In this document: positions 30,096 to 39,744 of the stretch, in pieces
How positions within the stretch are numbered: position 1 is the first letter of the stretch
Layout: each line of letters starts with the position of its first letter
NCBI GenBank assembly: GCA_937136055.1
Contig: CAKZOD010000043.1
Coordinates: 26,783 to 90,782, forward strand
Source: an uncultured Oceanospirillaceae bacterium
GTDB lineage: Bacteria > Pseudomonadota > Gammaproteobacteria > Pseudomonadales > Balneatricaceae
Reading direction: 5' to 3'
DNA: 64,000 bases
The notes under the pieces: generated by a model
What the model was told of the DNA's origin: nothing
Databases searched by the model: none
Seen by the model: the letters and a program-made list of their open reading frames with translations, nothing else
Made by a program: the position numbers and the translations under genes

Positions 30096-31724
30096 TTACG
30101 CTTTATCAGTGACTAAGTCTTTATTGCGCTCAAGTTCAAGCACAGGGTAGGCAACACCGGTGATGTGCCAGTTGATACGGTTAAGCTCGCGAATAATATC
30201 TAAATGCAGCATATTATTGTCGCCACTGCCTTCGTGTAAGCGAGTTAAGTGCTCTTGGCTAGCGATCTCAGTAAGTTTCTTAACTTGGCGCTTGCCCTCA
30301 AGCAGTTTGTGAACAAGATCGATGTCTTGGGTTGTAAAGATTCGCATTGCTAAATGAAAGTTGTTTAACACTGTTTCGTGAATAGTCACAATATCTGCAA
30401 GGCCATCATCGGAAAGTTCTAGTTTATCTTGGACCTTTTTATGGGTCATTTCTGCAATGTTTTCAGTAATGTCGGCGCAGTGCTCTAAGTTAAGAGAAAA
30501 GGCGAGTATGCGGTTGGTCTGAGATAATTGCTCGCTTTTAAGATCTTGTCTGCCTAAGCGCGTTACATAGCGCGATATTTCACTGTGTAGCCTATCTACA
30601 GAGCTTTCCATCTTCATTAGCTCGCGACTGGGTGCTGAGCTCTCTGAAGTCAGGGCAGGGAGGCAGTTGCCAATCATGGTATATACAACATCAGCCATGT
30701 GCATGGTTTCACGCATAACGCAATCGATGGCCATTGACGGAGTGTTGATCAATTTAACATTTAAATAGCGTGATTCATTCGCGTTGACCTTTTTAACAGG
30801 GTCGGGAATGTAGCGCTTGATAATTTCATAGGCTTTGCCGGTCAATGGTAAAAAGATCGCAGCGACAGCGATATTGAAGATAGTGTGAAAATCAACAACA
30901 TGGCGAGCAACATCTGTCGTGACATGTTCAGATAATAAAGCTGAGATTAAATCGATAAAGGGCAAAACGGCTAGGCATGAGATGATTTTAAAGCAGCTGT
31001 TGCTGACGGTAATGCGCAGCGCTTGAGCGCCTTTGCCTAACGTGGCAATAACAGCAGGCACGGTTCCGCCTATGTTGGCCCCAAGTACTAAGATCAAACT
31101 AAGCTGAGGCGAGATAATCTGACTGGCTGCTAATGACATGATCAACAAGATCATTGCGATGCTAGAGTGGCTGACCCAGGTAAGCAAGATGATGAAAAGC
31201 ATGGCAAGCAAACGCTCGTCTTCAAGGGCGTGAAAGAGCTCTTGCAGAACTGCAGCTTCTCGTAATGGGCCAGTTGATGATCCAATCAGCTTAAGTGATA
31301 GCAACATAAGACCTAAGCCAATTAATGCCATTCCCATGTGCTTGAAAGTGTCTTTAGTGGCGCGCCTGTGTGTGACGAGGCCCGTTACAATGAGTGCAGG
31401 GGATAGCCAGCTTAAATCAAAAGATAAAACTTGAGCGACTAAAGTGGTACCGATGTCAGCACCGAGCATCACTGCAAGGGCAGGTGCGCCGGCGATTAAG
31501 CTACGGCTGGCAAATGATGAGATTAAAAGCGCAGTGGCTGTGCTGCTTTGCAAAACAGAGGTAATACCAAGCCCAACACCGAATGCAGAGCTCTTATTGC
31601 GGGTAAAGCGGCTAATTATTCGTTTTAGATCATTATTAAAGGCGCCAATAATTCCTTGTTTAACCATCTCCATGCCAAATAGTAGTAGTGAGACAGCGCC
31701 TAAAATATTGATCAAGGTGTACAT
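30096..31724 (-). CDS. Na+/Pi cotransporter (NptA/YjbB family) with C-terminal PhoU-like domains
   Basis: Repeated transport motifs 'LQSSTAT..', 'GADIGTT', 'SHSSIA', 'GANIGGT'; helical C-terminal region. Confidence 0.9.
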   Translation of the reverse strand: MYTLINILGAVSLLLFGMEMVKQGIIGAFNNDLKRIISRFTRNKSSAFGVGLGITSVLQSSTATALLISSFASRSLIAGAPALAVMLGADIGTTLVAQVLSFDLSWLSPALIVTGLVTHRRATKDTFKHMGMALIGLGLMLLSLKLIGSSTGPLREAAVLQELFHALEDERLLAMLFIILLTWVSHSSIAMILLIMSLAASQIISPQLSLILVLGANIGGTVPAVIATLGKGAQALRITVSNSCFKIISCLAVLPFIDLISALLSEHVTTDVARHVVDFHTIFNIAVAAIFLPLTGKAYEIIKRYIPDPVKKVNANESRYLNVKLINTPSMAIDCVMRETMHMADVVYTMIGNCLPALTSESSAPSRELMKMESSVDRLHSEISRYVTRLGRQDLKSEQLSQTNRILAFSLNLEHCADITENIAEMTHKKVQDKLELSDDGLADIVTIHETVLNNFHLAMRIFTTQDIDLVHKLLEGKRQVKKLTEIASQEHLTRLHEGSGDNNMLHLDIIRELNRINWHITGVAYPVLELERNKDLVTDKA

Positions 31725-32297
31725 TGTTGCTCCTCTTCAGTGTAGGGAAAATCAGTCGGTAATACTTGATACGTCGATGCTGCTGGTTGATAGGTAGTTA
31801 AAACGCAGTGGCACGTATCTATTATCTAATGTTTAATTTATTCATCAGATGATGTTGTGTGAATGTCTAAGTGTCGCTTTTATCAAAATAAGTACTAAAA
31901 AGGCGATAGCTGTTTTTAGTGCTCTAGATAAATTGCGTGGTTGTCTATCCGCTAAAGCGTGAATGCTTAACAAATGATTGCATTTGTCAGGCTCAGATAG
32001 AAAGCTGCAGTTGGGGTGTATTGTGTCAGTAAAAGTCGAAACTGTATTCGTGAGAGATAAACATTAAACTGACGATAAAAATACTTTTAAAGACACATTC
32101 GTGCCTGTGTAAATTAAATTGTTACTGCAGTTGAGGAGATTAAAATGATCAAAGATACTTTGCTAAATTTAACGAGATACTTTGATAAATATTTTTGCCT
32201 TACCACTTAACTCAATCTATTTAAAAGAGTAGCACAAGTTCGGGAAAATTACACAAAATATCAATGATCTATTGAGATTTTTAGCTAATTTCAAGGG

Positions 32298-33752
32298 CTA
32301 GTATTTGGTATTGAAGTAACCTTCTACAACGCTAATTTGATCTTCTAGGTCATCTAGCTTATAGCTATCATTTTTGGTTATGGATCTTTCGCGTCTTGCA
32401 TAGTTTACTTGCTTCCTTGCGGCATCAACTTGACCAATTAACAGAAAGTATTCGATACGTGCTCTATGTAAACGGTTTTTCTCGCCACTGAGCCCGTAAG
32501 CTTCTGCTAAAAGGTACCAGGCATCAACCGTGTCTGGTGCGTAACTTGTCACTTGAGTCAGGTATTTAATCGACTGCTTTGCCTCGCCTGCCAGTAATAA
32601 TGTTTTTGCAAGAACCATTTGGACGGCAAAGTGTTTGGGATATACACGATTGAGTTGTTTGAGCAGTTTAACGGCAGCTTGATGCTGCCTGTCAGCGCTG
32701 TAGATCTCTGCTTTGCTTAATTTAACCAGTAAATGCTGTTGCCATTTGTTCGGTAGCTTTTTTAATAGTGCCAGTGCTTCTTTGTTTTTGCGGTTTTGTG
32801 CGTAGGCGAGTGCTAAGCGGAATTGATTGTGTGCAGAAGGAGAGGCTTTAGCTTGAGCTCTAAACTGGTTTAAGGATGTTTTGTTATTTTGAGCGAGTTT
32901 GACTTCCAAGCGTGCTTTGATAATTGAAAAATCAATGCTTTGTTTAATCTTCTTTCTTGGAGTTAAGTGTTCTGCTCTATTTTCGGTGTCGGCAATACGC
33001 GCACTTGAGGTGGGGTGGGTCAGAAGAAATTCTGGCGGTGTCGCCCCTTGTAATCGCTGAATATCTAACAAATGATTAAACATTTCGGGCATTGCCTTGG
33101 GATCGTAACCCGCTTTGACCAAATTTGTCATACCGATGCGATCAGCTTCTTGTTCATTACGCCTGCTAAAGGCTAATTGTGAAGATGCTTGGTTGGCGAA
33201 GCCTGTAGTGAGGATGGCTGCTCCTGCTTGTGGATTTGCAGATGCTGCTAGTAAGCCTGTGAGCATAGAAGCGATAGCCAGTGGTGAACTGATGCGCTGC
33301 TGCTCAAGCTGTGCTGCAAAGTGTCGCTGACTTAAATGCGCTAATTCATGGCTAATGACGGATGCAAGTTGTGCTTCGTTCTCGGCGGTGACAATTAAGC
33401 CTGCATGAAAACCCAAAATGCCCCCTGGGGCTGCAAAAGCATTGACGCTTTTGTACTTCAAAACCTCTAAAGAGATTCTTTTATCTTGTAGCGCGCTGGT
33501 GCTGGTTAAGTCCCATGTTAGGTCTTGCATGTAAGATATAACAATTGGGTCGTCAATGCTGGCGTTGGAGCTGCGAATATTGCGAACGATGCCTTGGCCT
33601 AAGCTGTACTCACTGCCCAGAGAAATAACGGATGAGCTAAAATCACCAATAACAGGTAGGTTATTGGCTTGTGCTGAAACTACAGCAAAAAGAGATAAGC
33701 TAAGAGTTGCATGTTTGAAAGTAGATAGCGTGAAGCGCTTTAGTGTTGGCAT
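32298..33752 (-). CDS. bepA: M48 metalloprotease with TPR repeats (BepA/YfgC)
   Basis: 'VNAFAAPGG', zinc motif 'HELAH', 'EQEADRIG', 'LLTHP'; TPR-like C-terminus. Start revised to 'MPTLKRF' (33752). Confidence 0.9.
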   Translation of the reverse strand: MPTLKRFTLSTFKHATLSLSLFAVVSAQANNLPVIGDFSSSVISLGSEYSLGQGIVRNIRSSNASIDDPIVISYMQDLTWDLTSTSALQDKRISLEVLKYKSVNAFAAPGGILGFHAGLIVTAENEAQLASVISHELAHLSQRHFAAQLEQQRISSPLAIASMLTGLLAASANPQAGAAILTTGFANQASSQLAFSRRNEQEADRIGMTNLVKAGYDPKAMPEMFNHLLDIQRLQGATPPEFLLTHPTSSARIADTENRAEHLTPRKKIKQSIDFSIIKARLEVKLAQNNKTSLNQFRAQAKASPSAHNQFRLALAYAQNRKNKEALALLKKLPNKWQQHLLVKLSKAEIYSADRQHQAAVKLLKQLNRVYPKHFAVQMVLAKTLLLAGEAKQSIKYLTQVTSYAPDTVDAWYLLAEAYGLSGEKNRLHRARIEYFLLIGQVDAARKQVNYARRERSITKNDSYKLDDLEDQISVVEGYFNTKY

Positions 33753-34146
33753 GAGTGAATCTTCTCTATTTGTTGATGCCCGTGAATGGCATAAGCAATG
33801 CGACGAAAAAGCAGTATTTATAATAGCGAATCTGAGATTGGGTGCGCAATTTAAAAACGCTAAGATTGATAATACAATCAACGCATTAACATTATGAGTC
33901 TTTAACGACTTGAGAGTTCGCAATATCCGCTAAAATTGTTAAAATTCATATATTAAAAGATTACTAGCTGAGTTATTTGTTTTATTCATCAGTTTTTTAG
34001 GTTATCGCCTGTTATATGTAGGGTAAGCGTGTCATTATTCCAGCGTTTGATTTTCGAGAGGGTGGCAGAGTGTCAGTGCCTATAATATTTTCGTTGATTA
34101 ATGTGAATTGATACACGCAACAGCTATAAATTTGATATGAGGTTAC

Positions 34147-34383
34147 ATGTCCGAGTTCCATTTTGATGAGCAGTTAGATGCAACAATGTTCAACTGTCCT
34201 ATGCCGTTACTAAAGACTAAACAGGCATTACGTTATTTAGATGAAGGAAAAGTGTTGAAAGTTGTTGCCACAGATGCGGGCTCAGTGAGGGATTTTAGTG
34301 CCTTTATAGAGCATAGTGAGCATGAGATGTTGCACATGTTCGAGAAAGAACAACAGTATTACTACTTTATTAGAAAACATTGA
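34147..34383 (+). CDS. TusA/SirA family sulfur carrier
   Basis: 'LDATMFNCPMPLLKTK', 'VATDAGSVRDF'. The bepA-tusA-perM order is also seen in Pseudomonas. Confidence 0.9.
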   Translation: MSEFHFDEQLDATMFNCPMPLLKTKQALRYLDEGKVLKVVATDAGSVRDFSAFIEHSEHEMLHMFEKEQQYYYFIRKH

Positions 34384-34502
34384 ACAGTACAGGCATTGGT
34401 TCTCTTAGATTGAGATATGTATTTTGCATACCTGGCAGTGTTTAAGGTTAGGTTTGTGTATTTGTGTAAGTGCTAAAATTATAATATTAACGAGATTTCT
34501 TA

Positions 34503-35567
34503 ATGAAGAGAGTTTTTTCAAAGTGGATTGAACGGTATTTTTCTAATGAAGAAGCATTGCTGCTCTTTATTATTCTAGCCGGATCCCTATTGGTTATTTT
34601 GACATTAGGTGCGCCTTTAGCGCCTGTAATAGCAGGCTTGATCTTAGCGTTTTTGATGCAAGGTTCTGTCAGTTGGCTGGAGCGGAAAAATATTTCCCAT
34701 ATTATTTCTGTTAATATTGTTTTTGCCATTTTCTTTAGTGCTTTCTTGGCCTTGATCTTTATCGTAATTCCCTTGGCGTGGAAGCAGTTAGCTAAACTCT
34801 TCAATGACTTACCTTATATATTTCAACAAATTCAAGCAGGACTATTAGTATTACCTGAGCATTACCCTGAGCTTGTGACTGAGAATCAAATTCGACAGGT
34901 CATTTCATTGGCAGCGACAGAGCTCGCTTCTTTAGGGCAATGGATGCTGGCGTATTCATTTAACTCTTTAGGCGCCATTGTCACTTTGCTGGTGTATTTT
35001 GTGCTTGTGCCAATTTTAGTATTCTTTTTTCTAAAAGATGGTAAGCAGCTGGCTTTGTCATGGTTGTCAGTACTTCCTCATAAAAGAGAGATGATGACTC
35101 AAGTCTGGCATGAGATGGATGATCAAATTGCCAACTATGTGCGCGGTAAAGTGGTTGAAATTATTATCGTTGGTTTTGTAACTTACCTTGGCTTTATTGT
35201 TTTTGATTTAGATTATGCAGCGCTCTTGGCAATAATGGTTGGGTTGTCTGTGCTAATCCCATACATTGGCGCAGCACTGGTGACTGTACCTGTTGCAATT
35301 ATTGGCTTTTTCCAATTTGGTTGGGGAAATGAATTTTTATATTTTCTTGTGGTCTATGGGGTGATTCAGGCGTTAGATGGTAACGTGTTAGTGCCTTTAC
35401 TGTTTTCTGAAGCAGTAAATTTGCACCCGATATCGATCATTATAGCAGTGCTGGTTTTCGGAACATTATGGGGCTTTTGGGGAGTGTTTTTTGCTATCCC
35501 CTTGGCGACATTAGTAAAAGCGATCATTAATGCTTGGCCAAAACCCAGTGAAGAGATAGAAACTTAA
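34503..35567 (+). CDS. AI-2E family transporter (PerM-like)
   Basis: Multi-TM protein; 'NYVRGK', 'LSVLIPYIGA', 'QALDGNVLVPLLFSEAVNLHP'. Confidence 0.92.
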   Translation: MKRVFSKWIERYFSNEEALLLFIILAGSLLVILTLGAPLAPVIAGLILAFLMQGSVSWLERKNISHIISVNIVFAIFFSAFLALIFIVIPLAWKQLAKLFNDLPYIFQQIQAGLLVLPEHYPELVTENQIRQVISLAATELASLGQWMLAYSFNSLGAIVTLLVYFVLVPILVFFFLKDGKQLALSWLSVLPHKREMMTQVWHEMDDQIANYVRGKVVEIIIVGFVTYLGFIVFDLDYAALLAIMVGLSVLIPYIGAALVTVPVAIIGFFQFGWGNEFLYFLVVYGVIQALDGNVLVPLLFSEAVNLHPISIIIAVLVFGTLWGFWGVFFAIPLATLVKAIINAWPKPSEEIET

Positions 35568-35833
35568 GTGGATGAATTTACGCGTTTTTGTATAAATGAC
35601 GTGGCAGCATTTTGGATGATAAGGTTAGATGTGGAGTTACCAAAAAAACCATCATAATTGAGTGCTACACTTAATTTGTAAATATCAGTGGTATCTGAGA
35701 GTTTACAAAGTATTGAATCAGATTGTTTTTATATTTTTAGAAATAAGTATTTAAGGTTATATTTTGTTTATAAATGTGAAGGTCAGGGAGTTGTGTTTAG
35801 CAGTGGACGTCATAGCTATTAAGGCGAAAAAAC

Positions 35834-36946
35834 ATGTATGATTTTTTGCTAGATGAGACAAATAGTACTCCAATGGAGCGCTCTGGTGATGACAAATGGA
35901 TCATCCTAATTGTTGATGATGAGCCTGCTATTCACACGATTACTAAATTTGCACTTGAAGATGAGTTCTTTGATGGAAAAGAGCTGACTTTTATTTCGGC
36001 TTTTGGTGCAAAAGAAGCAAAACAAATATTATCTGAGCGAAACGACATTGCCTTAGTGTTACTTGATGTGGTGATGGAAACCGAAACCGCAGGGTTGGAT
36101 GTTGCAAAATGGATAAGAGAGACCTTAGGTAATAGTCTTATTCGTATTGTTTTGCGCACAGGCCAGCCCGGGCAGGCGCCGGAAAACACTGTTATTCTTG
36201 ATTACGACATTTTTGATTACAAAAACAAAACCGAGTTGACCGCGCAAAAGCTATTTTCATGTGTTATCTCAGGGTTAAGATCCTATCGAGATGTATTGGC
36301 ACTCGCTAATCATAGTAAAGGCATTAAAAAAGTTGTTGAAGCTACCGCGGTAATCTTTAAAGAGCACTATGCGCAGGAGTACGCATCAGGTGTGTTAATG
36401 CAGCTTACTTCTTTGCTTTATCAGTCAGCAGATGCAGCATTAATTAACCTCGATGTTAATGCCGGTAAAAATGCACAACAAGCCACCGTGTTTACCGCTA
36501 TTGGTGCTTATGAAAATCTGGTGGGTGAAAGTGTTGAGTCGATACTATCAAGGGAGACGATTCAGGCGTGGCTAGATAGCGATGAGACTATTTACCAAAC
36601 GAAAAAGGGGAATAGAATTCTGTTTTCATATATGACAGCAGATAATCATAAAACCCTTATGTGTTTAAAGTATCAGCAGTCTTTTTCAAATGATGAATTG
36701 GAATTAATTGAGCTTTTCGTTCAAAGTGTAGCGGTTGCCCAAGAAAGATTGCGTTTATGGCTAGATACTGAAAACACGCTAAACGAGATGATTGAAATTC
36801 TAAGTAAAACTGTGGAGGATCATTCTAATCAAACAGATCAATATTTCACAGGCGTCACAAAAATTGCGATGTTGATGGCCAAAAAACATGGCTTAATTTT
36901 AAAAAGGCAAGTGTCTCAGCGCAAGCAGGTGGGGCACTCGCTCTAA
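35834..36946 (+). CDS. Response regulator: REC + DUF3369 + truncated HD-GYP remnant
   Basis: REC motifs 'ILIVDDE', 'LLDVVMET', 'RTGQPG', 'YKNKTEL'; the C-terminus begins an HD-GYP-like helix but ends before any HD motif. Confidence 0.75.
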   Translation: MYDFLLDETNSTPMERSGDDKWIILIVDDEPAIHTITKFALEDEFFDGKELTFISAFGAKEAKQILSERNDIALVLLDVVMETETAGLDVAKWIRETLGNSLIRIVLRTGQPGQAPENTVILDYDIFDYKNKTELTAQKLFSCVISGLRSYRDVLALANHSKGIKKVVEATAVIFKEHYAQEYASGVLMQLTSLLYQSADAALINLDVNAGKNAQQATVFTAIGAYENLVGESVESILSRETIQAWLDSDETIYQTKKGNRILFSYMTADNHKTLMCLKYQQSFSNDELELIELFVQSVAVAQERLRLWLDTENTLNEMIEILSKTVEDHSNQTDQYFTGVTKIAMLMAKKHGLILKRQVSQRKQVGHSL

Positions 36947-37077
36947 GCTAGTCTATTCTTTAAACCGTACCTCACGTCTTTTATATTCCACTAAAATTTA
37001 TAGCGTTTAGCTTGCCTTTAATCTATAGGGTAGGCTGAATGTTTGATTATTACCCTTTAGTTTTTTAGAGGTTCTTA

Positions 37078-37782
37078 ATGAACAAAAGTCTTTACACAAA
37101 CCTAGCAGCTTTATTGATTACCACAGTTGGCGTCAGCTTTAATATTGAGCTGCTTTATTACGTTGGTGTTTTTTCATTAGCTGGTGCGGTTACCAATTGG
37201 TTGGCTATTCATATGCTGTTTGAAAAAGTGCCTGGGCTTTATGGGTCAGGGGTGATACCCGCTCGATTTAAAGAGTTTAAAACGGGTATTAAAGTAATGA
37301 TAATGGAGCAGTTTTTCAATAGTGAAAACCTCGACAAGTTTCTTAAATCCGAGGCGAAAACAGCAAGCATTAATTTGCCAGCAGTCGTTGATAATGTGGA
37401 CTTTTCACCTACCTTTGATGGTTTGGTTGAAGTAATTCAGCAGTCTTCATTTGGTGCTATGCTAGAAATGGTCGGGGGCGTTGCTGCAATTGAGCCAATG
37501 CGTGAGCCATTTGTTGCCAAAATTAAGCAGTCGATTATTGAGGTAAGTCAATCTGATGACTTTCAAAGCTTGCTGGCTAAAGAGCTAGGTAATTCTTTAG
37601 GCGTTGACCAGTTGATTGAAAAAGTAGAGCAGATATTGGATCAGCGTTTAGCAGAGCTGACGCCGGAGCTTGTCAAAGATATTGTCAAAAAAATGATCCG
37701 TGAGCACTTGGGCTGGCTAGTAGTTTGGGGTGGCGTGTTTGGTGGTGCAATAGGTGCGTTGGCGTCTATTTGGCAGTTATAG
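37078..37782 (+). CDS. DUF445 family membrane protein
   Basis: 'GAVTNWLAIHMLFEKVPGLYGSGVIP', 'HLGWLVVWGGVFGG'. Confidence 0.85.
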   Translation: MNKSLYTNLAALLITTVGVSFNIELLYYVGVFSLAGAVTNWLAIHMLFEKVPGLYGSGVIPARFKEFKTGIKVMIMEQFFNSENLDKFLKSEAKTASINLPAVVDNVDFSPTFDGLVEVIQQSSFGAMLEMVGGVAAIEPMREPFVAKIKQSIIEVSQSDDFQSLLAKELGNSLGVDQLIEKVEQILDQRLAELTPELVKDIVKKMIREHLGWLVVWGGVFGGAIGALASIWQL

Positions 37783-38010
37783 GGTATAAGTAACAGCGTA
37801 AAGAAAGGTGGGTTTTGTCCACTAATAATGCGTATAATAATTATCATATTCATTACATTGTTTGCTAGAACTCTTTAAGAGTTGTTAAAAGGGTTGAGCT
37901 AATAAAAAGTGGCTCTTAAGCGCTGAATAGCAATGTTAATATGAGATTTACTGGTGTAAGCGTTGATTGAACCAAGCCGGTTATTGAAAAATTTAAGTAG
38001 AGAAGAATCT

Positions 38011-38850
38011 GTGAGCATATCTGAAGTATCTGTCGGTAAAATTAATAAACTCTGCGTTATTCGCCAAGCTGATTTTGGTGTATATCTTGATGGTAAACAG
38101 TTTGGTGGTATTTTATTGCCTAAAGGAGAGGTGCCAGAGGGTTGTAAGCCTGGTGATGAATTAGAGGTCTTTGTTTATCTTGATTCTGATGATTATGTGA
38201 TAGCAAGTACGACTAAGCCGCTTGTGCAAGTTGATGAATTCGCTACTTTAACAGTAGCTGAGGTTAACGATACAGGAGCTTTCCTGGATTGGGGGATGCC
38301 TAAGCAGCTGCTTGTACCTTACGGCGAGCAAAGAAAGAAGCTTGAAGAAGGCCAGCGTATTACGGTGCGGGTGTACTTGGATAACACTGATAGACTGGCG
38401 GCCTCAACAAAGCTTGATAAGTTTTTGCGAAATGATACGAGTGAATTAAAAGTCGGGCAAAGTGTTTCGATGTTTGTCGTTAGAAAAAATGAGCTTGGCT
38501 TTAGTGTGATTGTCGATAATAGTTACTGGGCAGTTTTACACGCTAAGGATATCTTTAAAACAGTGCGTCCAGGTAATAGACGAACAGGTTACATTAAAAG
38601 AATTTTAGATGAAGGTAAGCTTGATGTGATGCTTGAAAAGCCTGGCTATGCAAAAGTAGATGAGCTCAGCCAGCAAATATTAGATGACTTGGAATCGCGT
38701 GGTGGAGAAAGTGCGCTAGGTGATAAAAGTAAGCCAGAAGATATTTATCAGCAATTCGGAATCAGTAAAAAGTCTTATAAAATGGCGATAGGTACTTTGA
38801 AAAGGCTCGGTCGAATTGAAATTACGCCTACGGGTATCCGTTTATTATAA
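38011..38850 (+). CDS. CvfB family S1-domain RNA-binding protein
   Basis: 'VGKINKL', 'DFGVYLDG', 'GAFLDWGMPKQLLVP', 'FGISKKSYKMAIGTL'. Start uncertain (GTG 38011 or TTG 37963). Confidence 0.88.
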   Translation: MSISEVSVGKINKLCVIRQADFGVYLDGKQFGGILLPKGEVPEGCKPGDELEVFVYLDSDDYVIASTTKPLVQVDEFATLTVAEVNDTGAFLDWGMPKQLLVPYGEQRKKLEEGQRITVRVYLDNTDRLAASTKLDKFLRNDTSELKVGQSVSMFVVRKNELGFSVIVDNSYWAVLHAKDIFKTVRPGNRRTGYIKRILDEGKLDVMLEKPGYAKVDELSQQILDDLESRGGESALGDKSKPEDIYQQFGISKKSYKMAIGTLKRLGRIEITPTGIRLL

Positions 38851-38917
38851 ATTGCTATTTACAGGTAGCAGTTTAATGCTGTTGCCTGATCTGTATTAAG
38901 CTTAGTTGATATGGCTG

Positions 38918-39622
38918 TTAACGAGCTTTTCTTGTTGTTCTTGTTTTGATGCCAGATCCAGTTTTGCTCTGGTTGTTTATCCCTTGTTTTCCTTTGTATC
39001 GACTGCTCGGTTTTGTATTATTAGCTTGTGGGCTGCGATTTGTTTTGTGGGCTCTGTTAGTTTTTGGCGCAGGTGTTGAAAGATGGACAACAGCTCTTTT
39101 GCTCTTGCCGGGTTCTAGTCCCTCTACCGTCCAATTACCAATAGCGTAGCGGACTAAGCGCAAAGTGGGGAAGCCAACAGCGGCTGTCATACGTCTAACT
39201 TGTCTGTTCTTTCCTTCTTTGATTTTAAGTTCTAGCCAAGAGGTCGGTTTGTTTAGCCGTTCTCGAATTGGTGGGTTTCTGTCCCATAGCTGAGGCTCTA
39301 TTATTGTTTTTGCCTTGGCAGGTTTGGTCATGCCGTCTTTAAGCAAAACACCTTTTGCAAGTTGGTCAATGGCTTGTTGATCGATTTCGCCTTCCACTTG
39401 TACCCAATAAGTCTTTTCCAGCTTATAGGCTGGATTGGATAGTTGTTGCTGTGTTGGGCCGTCATCTGTCAGTATTAAAAGGCCCTCAGAGTCGTAATCT
39501 AGTCTTCCAGCAGGATAAAAGCCTACATCGCTAACATAATCGGCAAGTGTGCTACGTTGCTCCTTGTCTGTGAATTGGCTTAAAACTTGAAAGGGTTTGT
39601 TGACGAGTATGAGATTGGCCAT
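38918..39622 (-). CDS. rluE: 23S rRNA pseudouridine synthase E
   Basis: 'NKPFQVLSQF', 'AGRLDYDSEGLL', 'EGKNRQVRRMTAAVGFPTLRLVR'. Confidence 0.9.
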   Translation of the reverse strand: MANLILVNKPFQVLSQFTDKEQRSTLADYVSDVGFYPAGRLDYDSEGLLILTDDGPTQQQLSNPAYKLEKTYWVQVEGEIDQQAIDQLAKGVLLKDGMTKPAKAKTIIEPQLWDRNPPIRERLNKPTSWLELKIKEGKNRQVRRMTAAVGFPTLRLVRYAIGNWTVEGLEPGKSKRAVVHLSTPAPKTNRAHKTNRSPQANNTKPSSRYKGKQGINNQSKTGSGIKTRTTRKAR

Positions 39623-39683
39623 AGTAAAGAGTGTCGTAATGATGGTTAAAATTGGTAGAGGAATAATTCAATAGGGTGAAAAC

Positions 39684-39721
39684 AAAAATCCCGCGCTAGT
39701 ATATACCAGAGCGGGATTTTT
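39684..39721. terminator. acnB terminator
   Basis: AAAAATCCCGC-N16-GCGGGATTTTT. Confidence 0.75.
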
Positions 39722-39744
39722 TAGTTAAAGCTAAGGCTTTAAAA

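Noticed and set aside
33753-33923. 57-aa N-terminal extension of bepA in the ORF track
   Set aside because: The signal-peptide-like sequence starts at Met58; the extension is most likely upstream non-coding sequence. Similar over-extensions were trimmed for bfr, dppB, rhlE, leuB, cvfB and dcyD.
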